Assembly: GCA_965285935.1 (NCBI GenBank)
Contig: OZ260663.1
Span: 35,092,001 to 35,156,000 of the forward strand
Reading direction: 5' to 3'
From: Ophelia neglecta
Taxonomy: Eukaryota
Length of the DNA: 64,000 bases
How positions within the stretch are numbered: the stretch's first letter is position 1; each line of letters begins with the position of its first letter. The notes under the pieces were generated by a model. The model saw only the letters and a program-made list of their open reading frames with translations, was not told where the DNA came from and did not search any database. A program made the translations under genes and the position numbers. Of the stretch, positions 1-12,379 are shown piece after piece.

Positions 1-344
1 AGTTCTTCTGAGTAATGCACTGTATAAATGTTTATTCTCAAGTCAAAATTTGACCAGAAAGTCATCTCCCTTATACCAAATAGTCACGTTTGAATGATGT
101 CAGTTTGGCTTTCTCCTTTTCGGACTCGCCATTTGCTATCATTCGATAGAAAAACTAGAATTGGTTTAAAATAGCACATACCTTATAAGGTGAACAGACT
201 GACTGGACTTGAAGACTTAAAGTTTCCGATTATTATGGGCCTGTTTAACATAGCAATATTGAGTACAGATTTCGCCTTGACCGCCCTGTATCCACTCCCG
301 TTTTCCGACAGGGTCGAAATATATCAAGCAGTCTTGAGATTGAA

Positions 345-450
345 GTATCTGTGCCTGTAGCTACAGATTAATGTCGATTTCTGTCCGATTAATTGACTAT
401 TCTCGATTAACGATTTGGTTTGTCCGCCAGGTTTCCATTCCCGTTTTATG
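345..450 (+). repeat. Dispersed repeat family, copy 1 (others ~6035-6135 +, ~36390-36500 -, ~42885-42990 +)
   Basis: Shared blocks GCCTGTAGCT, ATTG(G)ACT(A/T)TTC and T(A/T)TCCA(C/T)TC..GTT by eye alignment. Confidence 0.6.
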
Positions 451-3200
451 TATGGGCAGGCTATTTTCGTTAATCAAAATTATTCATATTTGAATCTTCC
501 TTGATTTGACCGGATTACAAAGATTTTGGATAAATGATAGAATATTCTTGATTAGCGATTTATTTTCATCTGTCAATCTGCAATTTGCATAATATTCTTG
601 GAAATACAAATTCACTTGTTCTTGAATACTATCTACCTCGGATCCATGTGTTCTACTGGTTCTAATTGTATGACGTTTCTGAACCAGTCACTTTGTATGG
701 CAGTTTATGCCCCCTTTTCTCTTGAGATTTTTTTTTTCTTTTCCTGACTTGTCACATATACTTAGCAAAGCGAGGATACAGGCAAATACACATCTTCCAC
801 ATCTTGTAAAATGGTACGCATCTCCAAGCGGCCCTCTGTAAATATTCCCAAAAGACACTATGATATATGAGTGCGATGACACTATAAAAATCTGTTTAAT
901 AGGAGTCATTTGAGAATCTGAATAAATCGATGAAATGTCACTTTAACGATTTCCAACCAGATATATAAGTCAAGATGTATTCATTTATCTACGTATACAA
1001 CAGAAAGATAATAAATCATCATGCTGATTATTATAGACTGGCCGAGATATCTCGAAGGTTATCATCAGCTCGACATCTTTTGTATGTGTGGCTAAGGAAT
1101 TAATCGTTCACAAAATACCTGTTTGTCTAGAAAAAAAAAATGATAACCAATTTGTAAACGTGGATAATATTTACTATACGTTTGAGTTAACCAGAACGCG
1201 GTCATTATACAGAAGCGGAATATATACCAAGTATTCTGATCACGTTATGTTCATTCTCTTTTCGAATTCATTTTCAGGGATCTTCGGCTGTATCATATGA
1301 TTAATAACTATTTAGAACATATCAGTTTTATATACAATGTGTGATAACAGATAGAAGCTTCTATTTAAATTACAATTCATGTTTTAGTGTACAAAAGAAC
1401 TAGGCACAGCAGAGACTTTAAGGTTGATACATCAGTCATATTAACAACTTGTTTAACCTAACAGCCTTGCCCTGAACACTACAAAGCAGTCCTGATTTGC
1501 ATTAATGCTGCATCACCTAGACATAGTGACTTTCCAATTGAATCATCTCAATGTGAATGAACGTGTGCATCTGCAACTTAGGATAAGATATCAGTATAAA
1601 ACACGCGGACGGCGATAATGCCGCCAGCCTAACAATGAACTGGATTATACACTCGGAGAATAGCTCGTAACCTGTGTTCTTTTGTGAAAAGGCAATATTA
1701 GAGTTCAGTCGGGCCTCTACAAACCCACAGGAGATTCATTGGTTGTACTCCTTAAAGCGTTCACTATCGGTAGTACAACTTAACGGTTGTTATAGTATTT
1801 CTGTTAATTATCTTAATGGTAATACTGGCCACGCCTAATTATTCGTTCAAAGGTTTTCTAAAGTTATAAAACCGAGAATGCGATACCTTCAATAGCTATA
1901 TTAAATTTACTGTTTTTTTTCTAGCAAAAGCTATTTTTATAACAAAGGTTTAACCTGCAAACAAATTTGAAAATATTATTAAATGTTAGACCTTAAATAA
2001 TGTAGAAATTGGAAAACGAGTAATTGAGTATATCGGGAGGGAAATGGTTAAGATTCAAGGTCAAAGTGGGCTCGAACTAAGAACCAAGATCGATGATCCA
2101 TAACCAATTATCATGCTACGCGTGCAAATTAGGCGCATGCGCATTCGGGACCAGGTTATCTGTAAACGTGAAACTTCTTAAATAAGTAATCTATAAACAA
2201 AAACAAACCTGAAGGAGCATCCTGTTCATGATTCTGGTCAAACTACCACCCATTTAAAACATGTTTTGAGTGTGCTAATGAGAAATAACACAAAATAAAG
2301 CTATTTCGTTGAAAACATATCATGTGAAGATCAATCAATTACGCCACTTTTTAGAATATCCGGGCAATGATTCAGCTGGAATAATCTTTAATTTTGTCTA
2401 CCATGAAGGGGTAGTGAAAAGAAAGTCAATTGTGAGTCGTATAAACAACACAGATGGTTTTTATTTCACTTGTGATACACTGAGCGATGGATGTATTTTA
2501 AGTAAAATAAAATAAACAACTGGAAGAATTAACACAGTGTCCTTAGCAGGCAATTAACTAGATAACCGGAAGATAAGTACTACTATGTAATTAGTGGTGG
2601 TGAAATAAATCATTAATAAGTTCCGGTCTCCAGATACTATCCTTACGCTGGAAAATATTCCTTGTTAGCACCATATATGGTTTTGACGAATAAGAACAAA
2701 TATGTCTGTAGTCCGTAGTTGCACTTATCAGCAAACGAATAATGACTATTACATAATAGTGGGTTTGCTAATCACGCCTACCATCAAAAGTGCACATACA
2801 AAGGCTTTTATTGATGTGTGTGTTATTTTAGTTATAACAATGCCATGTACTTCTGGTGACAATGTTAACTTTATTTATTGAGCCAAACAATGTTTTTCTT
2901 TTCGGTAATTAACATTAGGTACACTGCTGTCCCGCCTTGGCACCATGGCGAATTCAAACTGCAATAGGCGCATTGCGATTTGGTCACAGCTGATATAAGT
3001 GATCCCAGTTAGATATAGATCTTCTATTATTCGTTTTAATGTTCAACAGGCGAAATCCTTCGGATTTATAGGAGTTCTTTACCCATGATAGACCAATTAA
3101 TTTCGTGTATATATGTCCCCCGTTGCTGTTATACCGATTTCCACAACTGTTAAACTAAGGTGTTTTAAACCACAATCACCTTAGTCCATTTACCAATTTT

Positions 3201-3606
3201 CTAATTAGTATCATTAACGTCGCTAAGTTCTTGTCGTCCTGACATAGATTGACATTGTGCATCACTGTCGAATTCATGATAAAACGGCGGCAGATCGTTT
3301 AAAACGTCTATTTCATGTCTCACACACCGAGGACTTTTGTATGCATGGTCTTTACACTTCAGGTTCCCATTGGGGCACTTGAGCAACAAATGTTGACCAA
3401 ACTCTGGTTCCCTGTTGGGTGATTTATTTGTTTTTACTACTCCTAATGCTTGGTCGGCGTTGTCGACAGGTGTTCTGCGCAGCTGCTGTAGCTCCCAGAC
3501 ATGAGCGTAGCCATACTCACTTCCGCACACTATCCGGGCTTTGTCGGAACCGGGATCTTCTCTACATGGCCCCAGCACTACAGCACCATGGGGCCGTCTA
3601 TGTAAC
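3201..3606 (-). CDS. Gene A cytoplasmic tail exon
   Basis: Acceptor ATTCATAG. RLHRRPH...SEYGYAHVWEL...FGQHLLLKC...DTN* aligns with the gene B tail. Confidence 0.88.
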
Positions 3607-6600
3607 CTATGAATAAGACAGAAAGCATCAAATCGCGGTCTAAATACAAACAATGCAAGTCGTATACTCATTATGAACAATCCAATGTTTATCTTTTGTA
3701 ATGAAGGTTTGAATAATTTACAATCTACATATTTGGTTAATCATCACCTTTTCTGGCAAGTGAGAGCCAGGCCAAGAAGTAAGATGCCAAGACCTATACC
3801 CAGCGCAATCCCTATAACTACGGCTACAATCAGGCCTGTAACACATAAGACATGTCAAAATGAACTCTAAATAAAAAGGGATATTAAGTGTTGTTTATTA
3901 TTTAATAAATTGTGTTGCAACCTGTTTGACATATCTACTCATCTTAACCAGCATGGTTAATTTTTACATAGCATATTTTCTTCTTTCATCTAGACAGTAA
4001 AGGATCACTCAGTGTGCCCTTGCTATCATAAAACCAGCAAAATGCATATGACTTGATATAATGATACACCTGCTGTATATTACCAAATGATAAACTTTTC
4101 CTAACAAACATTTGGACACTGACACTTGGCATGAGCAACGAAGTACACCATTGAGAAATACACACCTAATGGAAGGGTGTTATTAGTCGGAGTTCTTCCA
4201 TGGCTTTGGGCTGTTACTGAAAAAGAACGTGTTATGAAACGTCGCTGACAGTATCAATTATATTCATAATATACTTTACACATTAGTCAGCACGAAAAAA
4301 TGCCGAACAAATTATATCTACTTGTTTTAATGATTATTTAAATTGGTCTTGAGGTGTGTTTTTTTTATAAAGGCAGTGCTCAGGGAGAATTTGAAGAAGT
4401 TTGGCTAAGTTTCGCAAGAAAGGAACATCAGATTTGTAGAACAAATATGAATTTAAAGACGCGTTTGTCTTCCTTGTGGCTAGTATTCGGTAAATCTTAT
4501 AAATGAATATAAACAGTTAGGAACTGTAGGAGTTTTGTGACACCTGTCTCTCGATATTATGGAAGGAAATTCAAACACCATAAACCAATATTACCCCGGA
4601 TTAATACAAAACCAACAATTGTGCCTAAATTAATATGGTGATCACCGCGTGTAGCTATAGTCGCCTCAAAATGTATACGGGCGAAACGTTCATTTCGTCC
4701 ATACAATTGATTATGAACTCGAAATTCTATGAACCTCATGAAAAGTCTAGTGTGCACACCAATCATGGAACGGCAAATGGTAGTTAGCAGATGAACTGAA
4801 CATAAACAGCAACTACATGGAATTCAATAAAGATTGAATTATGGAGTAAAGTTAGCTTACAGGCAGTATCAGAATATAGAAGGGAGGAACTGTCGCAATG
4901 TTTTTAGTGGATGCTCAGCAGAGAAGAGTCGGTTCTGCTCGATTGGGATATCTAAGAGAGGCACGTCTTTCTGGCCCGTTATAGTAGATCTTAAGCGTTT
5001 CGTCTAAATTGGTTCTGTGAGCGATGCCCTCTGAGCAGTATCAGCTCATACACGATCAAACCAGTGTTAGTTGGAGGCGCGGAAGCTAGCGTACGGCCAA
5101 TGAATGGCTGTGCTTCTAATGATAATAAATTGGCAGATGGCAAACAACATAAATATTTATATCCCAACTTGAGGCTTTCGAAAACTCTGACTTGTTCTCT
5201 GCGAGCCCTGTACCATGCTGAGGGGCGCTAATGTTTAACTTCATGTGTAGTCAAGGCACGTTAAAGTTCACGTTAAGCGTGAGGGTTGGCCGCTATTTCG
5301 CCCACAAGGCGAAATACATTCTTCCTGAAATGAAGTAGATTTATTCTTTCTTGTACAATCCGCTTCAACGCAATTCCTTCTAGGAGGAAAAGCTGGACAA
5401 TGACGACACAGAGCATCTGGCCCTTTTACATATCAGCAGGTTGGTTTTCATTGGAATAATCTTTCATATTGGCGATGCCCATCAGGGGCATCACAATACA
5501 CATTTGACCTATCATGACCCAGGTATGACACCTGAAACTCAAAACAGCATAATGACGACGGGGTTTCTAAATTGGTGTCAATTCTCACAGAGTCACTCTT
5601 CCACCTGTTTGTTTCATTCAAGATCGAAGATGCGAACCCTCTGCCAGATTATGTACTCAAAACAACTCCAGTGGGCCCTAAACGCTGCGACTTGAAATGT
5701 CGTTGAAACTCCAAACAACATCACACCAGAAGTGTGTGAACACCAGCTGGCCGTCAGGCAGAGAATATGTTATAAGCTGTGCATGTTTGGCTTCAAGGGT
5801 TTCAAATATTGCATCTATTATCATATCTGACTTTCTGCGTTCCTTGAAAGTTCGAACCTGGTGTTATGGCAAACCACCCTTTGCATTTATGACTTGTGAA
5901 ATCAGGAGCTGTCTGTCCTAACATATACCTGTAGTATATTGTTTTTGATGCGATAGGAGAGTCGAAAACTTTCATTAAATATTTGGTTTTGACGCCCTTA
6001 GTTAATGCACATAACAAAACGTTTTAGAGCTTGATGTGAGTGGTCTACGGCTGCTGGTTCCTGATGATTTTAAACAGGTTATTGGACTTTTCCAAGTTAA
6101 TGATGTTCCTTTATTCGCCTGCTATCCACTCCGGTTCCTTAAGGTTAATGTAAAAATCATCTGTACCTTATACTTATGTTATTTATGATTTTCTACCTAT
6201 ATCTTTTATAAATGTAAAGTGTTTGTGATAATGATAAACCACACTGTAGAATCAAATATCTTTCTCATCCATGGCTGCACTCTATTCCGGCAGTAAATCG
6301 TGATTCTCTTGGATCTAGCGGCGGCTTTATTTATATGCTCGGATTAGCCTTATGAGGAACAGCCCAATTACTCTATTTTCCTACTGTATTTTCCGTAGTA
6401 CATAGGTGTCTATCACTTTCAATGCGTAGTTAGGACTCGCCACTCTTTGCTATGATACCGGAACTCGAGTGACGTAATAGTATGTCTGGACGCTGGGAAG
6501 CAAAATGATAAGATGTCTATCAACCCTGCTGGTATATGGTTTGGGACATGACTCCCTGACATAACCATAGGAGCACAGCAACATTAGGTCAAAGTGCACA

Positions 6601-9600
6601 AGTAGTCATATCATATACTAAGGCGTTCTTTAATCGGATAATGCCTTTGTCTTCTTAGTAGCGTTTCTCCAGTTCTGTCTATGACAGGTACAATGGGACT
6701 ATTACAGTCAATTTTGCTAGACGCCATTAACAATAAGTTTGGACCGGTATTTTGATTACCTAGTACCATACGGTGTTGTTTGTAAACCATCCGCAGCAAT
6801 CTGACAGAAATGAATGATTTAACTGACGGTCCATCGCACTACACCAATCTCGCGGTATAGGCTACAGGAGCCGGCGTAATATTGGCTTTTGATTTGAAGA
6901 ACGACACAAGCTAAGTCTTATGAATAACATGAATATTATACCTGATGAGCAGTTGCGGAAGTCGCCTATCCACTCGTTTCCGTTACAGATGAGATGCCAC
7001 ACTTCTCCCGTGTGATTACACGAGATCGTCAGACGATCGCCTTTCCGCTCGGCCCAGCCGTAATCCGGGGCTTTCATATTTGGACAACCTATGGCTTAAA
7101 AAACAATGATTGTGCAAAATCAGTAGACTTAAACAAGAAATGCGTCAGTTCTGGACGTAATTCTGGTTGATAATTATTGTTATCAAGTCCATAGTGTGTG
7201 AGTAATGATTGAAACTTTAAGTAGGGCTTAAACGTGTTGTCCATCATCATTGAAGCTTTCAGCGAAAAACTATCAATAATCATTGCCTGAGTGAAAAATG
7301 ACTATGATTTATTTGAAGCTCCATAGCAAGCTCAGGCTATACTAAAGTATCAGCCGTTTGAACACGGAGAAAGGTGCTAGATTTTGGCCAGATAGACTAG
7401 TTCAATACAAGTGCGGGCTAATGTTCGGATTGAGGCCAGCGAGAACACATTATGGCATATGTTCAATAGTAGTTTGAATTATTTTTACCTTGGCAGCATT
7501 GTTTACGAATAATCTAAAAATCGTGTTGTTAAAAAAGGTACTAAGTCGGCTTTGTTGTAATATCATGAATGTGTCGATGGGGAGGGTTGTAATTTACATC
7601 GGGCTGTTTTAAACGGGTGATTTACGATAGGAGTAGTCGCGCAAATGTATCACACGTTGCTTCTGAGCACTTTAATTCATGACTTATGATGATGAACGGT
7701 GCTAACGGTTGGGCCCTCTGAAAAATGGCCTGGGAGCAGCCAGTCGATATCTCCTGGTAGATGAGGTAGCAAAGTCAAAAGATAAGTGTAAACAGACGAC
7801 CAAGACAGGCCTTAATACAAGGCACACACGATTTTCTTCCTCAATATGTCCAGTGTGAATGATGGTGTATGTCATACACGCCATGACGGGTATAAGAAGT
7901 TCTGATTATCTAATAATACTGTGCTGTTACAATGTTAATATATGTGAAACTTACCTTCATATTTTAATAGAAAATACGGCGAGGCGTCGGCATACAATTG
8001 CTGGCCGCTGCCCATAACCTCAACCTGCACTTCGTGTGTTTCCGACAGATAGATCGGTTTGTACCGTCGAACTCCGCCACAAACCGTGATATCCGTGTTG
8101 GTAGCCGAGTCTTCCCGAACAGTGGCGTACATTTTGCAGATATGACTGTCTGTATGCTGCGACCCTCCTGCGAAGTCTATAAGAGTGATATTTATCTTTT
8201 GTCCACGTGGCACGGAGATCACCCATGGACATTTACTTGAACCTAATCCAGTCTCGTCTGTTATTATATTACTGATATAACCAACTTCTCCGGTCAAAGT
8301 TGCCTTTCCATGTTCACAGCGTTTAGGCCTACCATCTGCCACTGGAAAGTAAAAAATGTCATCACTGGTTTGGATTGTAGCACAGTATCTAGAGTGGCTT
8401 GGATCGTTGAGCTAGACGGCGATAACTCAATAGTTGAAGGTTCGAATCCCAGACAAGAATCCCAGGCAAGACATTGTATGAATCATTTAACTTCTAACAT
8501 ATAAATTTACAGAGAGAAAAAGGGAGGCGGTGAAATTTATAAATAATTAATTATTAACTGATTTCATCAAAACTCTGTCTTAGAACTCAAACGGTTCCCT
8601 ACAGAATGATTGAGAAAGGCTTTGGGAAGTGTATAATAATAACAGCACCTGTCGTAACTTGATTATGTGGCTTATCATAGTTCAGTTGATACCGTCAAGC
8701 GGGAATAATAGTGGTATCCTTGATAACCTGATTACGATTTATCACCCAAGTACCATGCAGCAGACACAAATATAGCTGATTTGACTACTTCTCAAAGATT
8801 ACAGTTTAAATAATATGTATAGTACATTATTTGGTAATTAACATCTGCCCTTTTTAAATATAGATGTATTAAGAAAAGTTTGAATGGTTTTTACGATCCG
8901 AAAATAGTAGTCACAATCTGTACTTTGAGTCAACAGACTGTGTTAGTGATTTTTAATTGTAGAAATATTGGGGTCATTTAATTATCTCAAAATTAAAATT
9001 GCTATGGCTTGTAGCATTTGAAACTGCAATAAATTTGATTGCGTCAAATCACCAAATCGAAAGATACGTCTGTATATTTTGCGATCCCCTAGGTCACATT
9101 AAACTAAATAGATACTGTTGATACTGGTGACCAGAACCTTTCAAATTGATGCCAAAATATGAATATGTTCGCCGATGATCATATTGTGATTCATCGGGTT
9201 TCCGGAAAGTAAGAGAATAGCGATATTCCTGTTGAGAACTTTCTTAAATACATTTTAATTCCGCAGCCTCTCACCTTTAACACAGTTATAGGTGGCTTCC
9301 ATATATGCCATCAGGTCCTTAGGACATGGCTGAACTTTGTGCAGCTCGGTGTCCGGGACATCAAACTGACACTCATGGCGACCTGAACACTTCCGGTCTA
9401 CATACTGCAATATGTCCACAGAGCAGCCAATGTAGTATTCCCGCGTAAGACAGCGTCCCACGCGCATCCGGCCGTAACGCGCAGACTCCATCAACACTAC
9501 CTCGTCGTGTCCACACGTGGCGTTAAATATTTCCCAGCAGTACTCGCGACACTCTGAAAACAATTTAAGCTTTATGAAATTGTTTTAAGCTGTTTTCATT

Positions 9601-10414
9601 TTGTATTCAGCAACAAAGGCAGAGTTCAATGCGCAGGCTTCCAATGTTAACGCATAACGAAAATGTGTAAGACAAAGGCGTCGATAGTGTGGTCGCACAC
9701 ATTGAATAATACAAGAGATTAAAAACTGGAACAGTGTTTACATTTATAAACTTTCGAAATCATCTGGGTTATCATACAAAAAATTATTAGCTATGTGATA
9801 GTGAATATAAGCATTTTTATATAACTGTTAATAACGGTTAACCAATTGAAATATTTAATCAACATAATTTTTCTAACGTTATTGTATAACCATAATAACA
9901 GGGAGGCCTGCTTCAAGTTTATCATTTGCAATTTTCGATTTCATCTTTATGGAAAAATGAGCCTCGAATTATACGCTTATGTCAACGTGGGTTTAAGGCA
10001 CATCAGCAAATCAGTCTCGACCTCAAAGATCACACACAAGTGTCAAGGTCGATAGACTGCAGCAGGGAACAGTCATTATTTGGACACAATAATCATTAGA
10101 AACTATTACATCAGAACTACTACCTGCTATATTGATCAATACATATTTACCTTAAGGTTTTTATTTTGATCCGGCATGACTTTTAGGGCTTTAATGGTGC
10201 CTTTTGGAAAAGAGTAGGATTGTATACTAGTATATTGAATGCGTTATATATTTAAAAAAGGAATATGCCTACGTAAGAAAATGTGTTTTCCATAACAAAT
10301 CTGAATAGCCCAGTTTATTGCCTGAGGCGAAAACTCACCTGCCAGACTAGCCGATGCCAGAAAGACTGCCTGAAACAGCATTGGCCATCTAAATAGTGCA
10401 GCTGCTGTTAACAT
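3201..10414 (-). CDS. Gene A: SUEL lectin-CUB-sushi-like single-pass membrane receptor, 479 aa; complement(join(3201..3606,3748..3835,4166..4216,6942..7094,7955..8341,9275..9553,10339..10414))
   Basis: Seven exons with GT-AG boundaries and intron phases 1,1,1,1,1,2 sum to 1440 nt of open frame. The exon series matches paralogues B and C. Confidence 0.9.
3748..3835 (-). CDS. Gene A transmembrane exon (GLIVAVVIGIALGIGLGILLLGLALTCQKR)
   Basis: 88-nt exon, the same length in all three paralogues. Hydrophobic helix, phase-2 donor. Confidence 0.9.
4166..4216 (-). CDS. Gene A stalk mini-exon (VTAQSHGRTPTNNTLPL)
   Basis: Acceptor TTTTTCAG, donor TTAG|GTGTGT. Homologous to gene B ASAKSHGSTPFVSNSLPL. 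Confidence 0.82.
5400..6000 (-). mobile_element. Degenerate Ty3/Gypsy pol relic in a gene A intron
   Basis: DSPIASKTIYYR, VAAFRAHWSCFEY (cf. KTAFRT.xG.FE), VSYLGHD (cf. VxYLGH) and PDALCR (cf. ADALSR) occur in order. Confidence 0.5.
6035..6135 (+). repeat. Dispersed repeat family, copy 2
   Basis: TGGTTCCT..TATTGGACTTTTC..GCTATCCACTC shared with 42885-42990. Confidence 0.6.
6942..7094 (-). CDS. Gene A short sushi/CCP-like exon (AIGCPNMKAPDYGW...SCNHT...ICNGNEWIGDFRNCSS)
   Basis: 4 Cys with a Trp before the last Cys. 153 nt, as in gene B. Confidence 0.88.
7955..8341 (-). CDS. Gene A CUB domain exon
   Basis: GYIS..CPWVISVPRGQKINITLIDF..C..CGG..FLLKYE. Acceptor TTTCCAG, donor GAAG|GTAAGT. Confidence 0.92.
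8393..8457 (+). mobile_element. Degenerate tRNA-like SINE head in a gene A intron
   Basis: AGTGGCTTGGATCG (A-box-like) and GGTTCGAATCCC (B-box). No complete cloverleaf. Confidence 0.45.
9275..9553 (-). CDS. Gene A SUEL/Gal_Lectin (rhamnose-binding-lectin-like) domain exon
   Basis: YC..C..SARYGR..C..C..KCSGR..C..PCP..Y..C pattern. Acceptor TTTTCAG, donor AAAG|GTGAGA. Confidence 0.92.
10339..10414 (-). CDS. Gene A signal-peptide exon, coding part MLTAAALFRWPMLFQAVFLASASLA (start could be M12); exon probably begins at 10599
   Basis: Hydrophobic N-terminus ending CTGGCAG|GTGAGT (phase 1, same ending as the gene B signal exon). Acceptor TTGTTCTCTTTCACAG lies just upstream of 10599. Confidence 0.75.
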
Positions 10415-11181
10415 AATGTCCCCCTAGCTTCTCGCCAGAAAACTACAGTCGGTTGAAACACTGGTTCTAGAGTCTATCGACTAGATACTCAGCTCAAATT
10501 AGAGCACTTGAGTTCTGGCCCTCTTCATCTGTTTGTATCTAACTTCTTATCCTGGGTTCCGTCATTCCCGATTCAGAAATGTGTTATCTCTATGCTGCAC
10601 TGTGAAAGAGAACAATGAAGGTGGTTAATGCGTGCCAAGGGAGTAATTACCGCCTGCGGCTGAGATTATCCTGATAGATGGTATTTGACAGATAGACGCC
10701 ATTTGACTTGGTCGGGCTTGTACTTAGTAAGTTAACAGCAATTCATTGTTTTCTGTTGCGATTTATCACAAACGTCCTTGTATATCTTTTCTTAAGAAAG
10801 TTGGTGTTTATTGAACTTTGATTTACACTGGAACTACCAAAAAGGTAAGATGGCCTCTGCTTGTATGTGATTTGGTCCAAGACTCACTTGGAAATATACC
10901 CATACGAATGAAGATTTATTACAATGGGAGCCAATTTGAAAGATGGTACACGGTTCCATTGTAAATTATGTTCACCAAACTCCACGATCATTCCGGGCCT
11001 AGTGTATTCTACCACATGGAATCAGCAGTAGGAATGACAATACGTGAGTGTGATATTCTACGAGTGCCACATTTTACACGAGTGTGACCTACCGGCGAAT
11101 AGCCAGTTTAAAAAGTGCGTAACCAGATGAAGGAAGCGAATTATGTAAGATGTGTGACTTTACGGTGGTATTTGATAATGA

Positions 11182-11345
11182 TGGGGGGGGGGGGGGAGGG
11201 GGGGATTGCCGGGACGGGCAGGGCGTGGAAAAACAGGGGATGGGGCACGCGAGGTAACAGGGTAGGTGACACAGGGGCAGCACGGCGGGGGGGGGGGGGG
11301 GGACTGTAGCTGCATGACATGGGATGATAAGGCAAGGGGGGAGGG
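11182..11345 (+). repeat. G-rich low-complexity tract
   Basis: Multiple G-runs, including two of about 15 G. Confidence 0.7.
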
Positions 11346-12379
11346 GTGTTGTCTGAATATCTTTATCTTATTTTCTTGCGGAGATAAAGCCCTGTTGCCT
11401 GGCATATACTGAAGGCAACCCTGACTTTCATAACAGTTGCTTCTAAAAGAGGATAGTTTGTCGTCTACTCATGGCAGTTTTTTTTTAAATCTTTTGGTCT
11501 GTTAGTCTGCACACTGGAGGGTCTGGCCACTGTGTGTCTGGACCGGAATTTTTGTTTTCAAGTTGCTTTGGCGAAAGTTTCTGTTTCTGGTCTGGTGGCT
11601 ACGGGAAAGGGAAGCAACCACTATGACTTGGTTTTGGAGAATGACGCATGAATGTGTCTTTCTTGGGATTAGGGACACCATGACTGGGCTTATTATTCTG
11701 GTATGAGCCACATTATCATATTCAAGTAATCATGAAAAGAGGAGTGTTACAATATCATAAATAGGAGTAAGGTGTCAGATATGCCTCCGAGGTACAATGA
11801 ATGGGAAGATGTTTTTCTAAAAGAAAATGTTGTTGATGTTAATGCATGGTCACTTCCGGGCTCGGCCTGTCAACCAGTATTGAGCATGTCCGCCAATAGG
11901 CATTCTCGTTTCTAATGAATGTCGGAGCCCCCATTCTCCCTCCCCCAACATTCCTTGACGTGCTGTCTAATGGTGCCTCCCTTACCATCTTTGCTTTAGG
12001 ATGAGCTGAGGTGACTGTGAAGCAATTTTCGCTTGCTGAAAAATTCGGCAAATCATCTTTCACATTTTATTTGCAATATATATTTCGGTCGCTGAGGAAG
12101 TGATTTACTATGGTAAACATTCCTGCTCGAGAAAATGTCCTGATTGGTCTTTTTAATAGGGCAGTGATTGAAATATATTCTACAGTAACTATTTGATTCA
12201 CAGAGCTCACCGTAGGTAATGCTTGGAGCGCTGAATCTATAAATTATTTATTACCCTTAGTTATAAACATTTCTGTACATTGTAGTAGAATAAATGTTCA
12301 AATGTGGGGGGCAGTCGTCAATAAAACTATGTAAATTGTCGTCTGGTAATAGTATTGATTGTTCTTTCTTGTGATGTAT

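Noticed and set aside
3440-3520. Calling YGYAHV a canonical ITIM/ITSM
   Set aside because: The -2 position is Tyr, not S/I/V/L or T. Reported only as a conserved YxxV motif.
8393-8457. tRNA gene
   Set aside because: A- and B-box-like motifs only; no acceptor or anticodon stems.
11089-11405. Pro/Gly-rich ORFs
   Set aside because: Products of G/C homopolymer low complexity. The same applies to 29857-30156 and 52811-53359.
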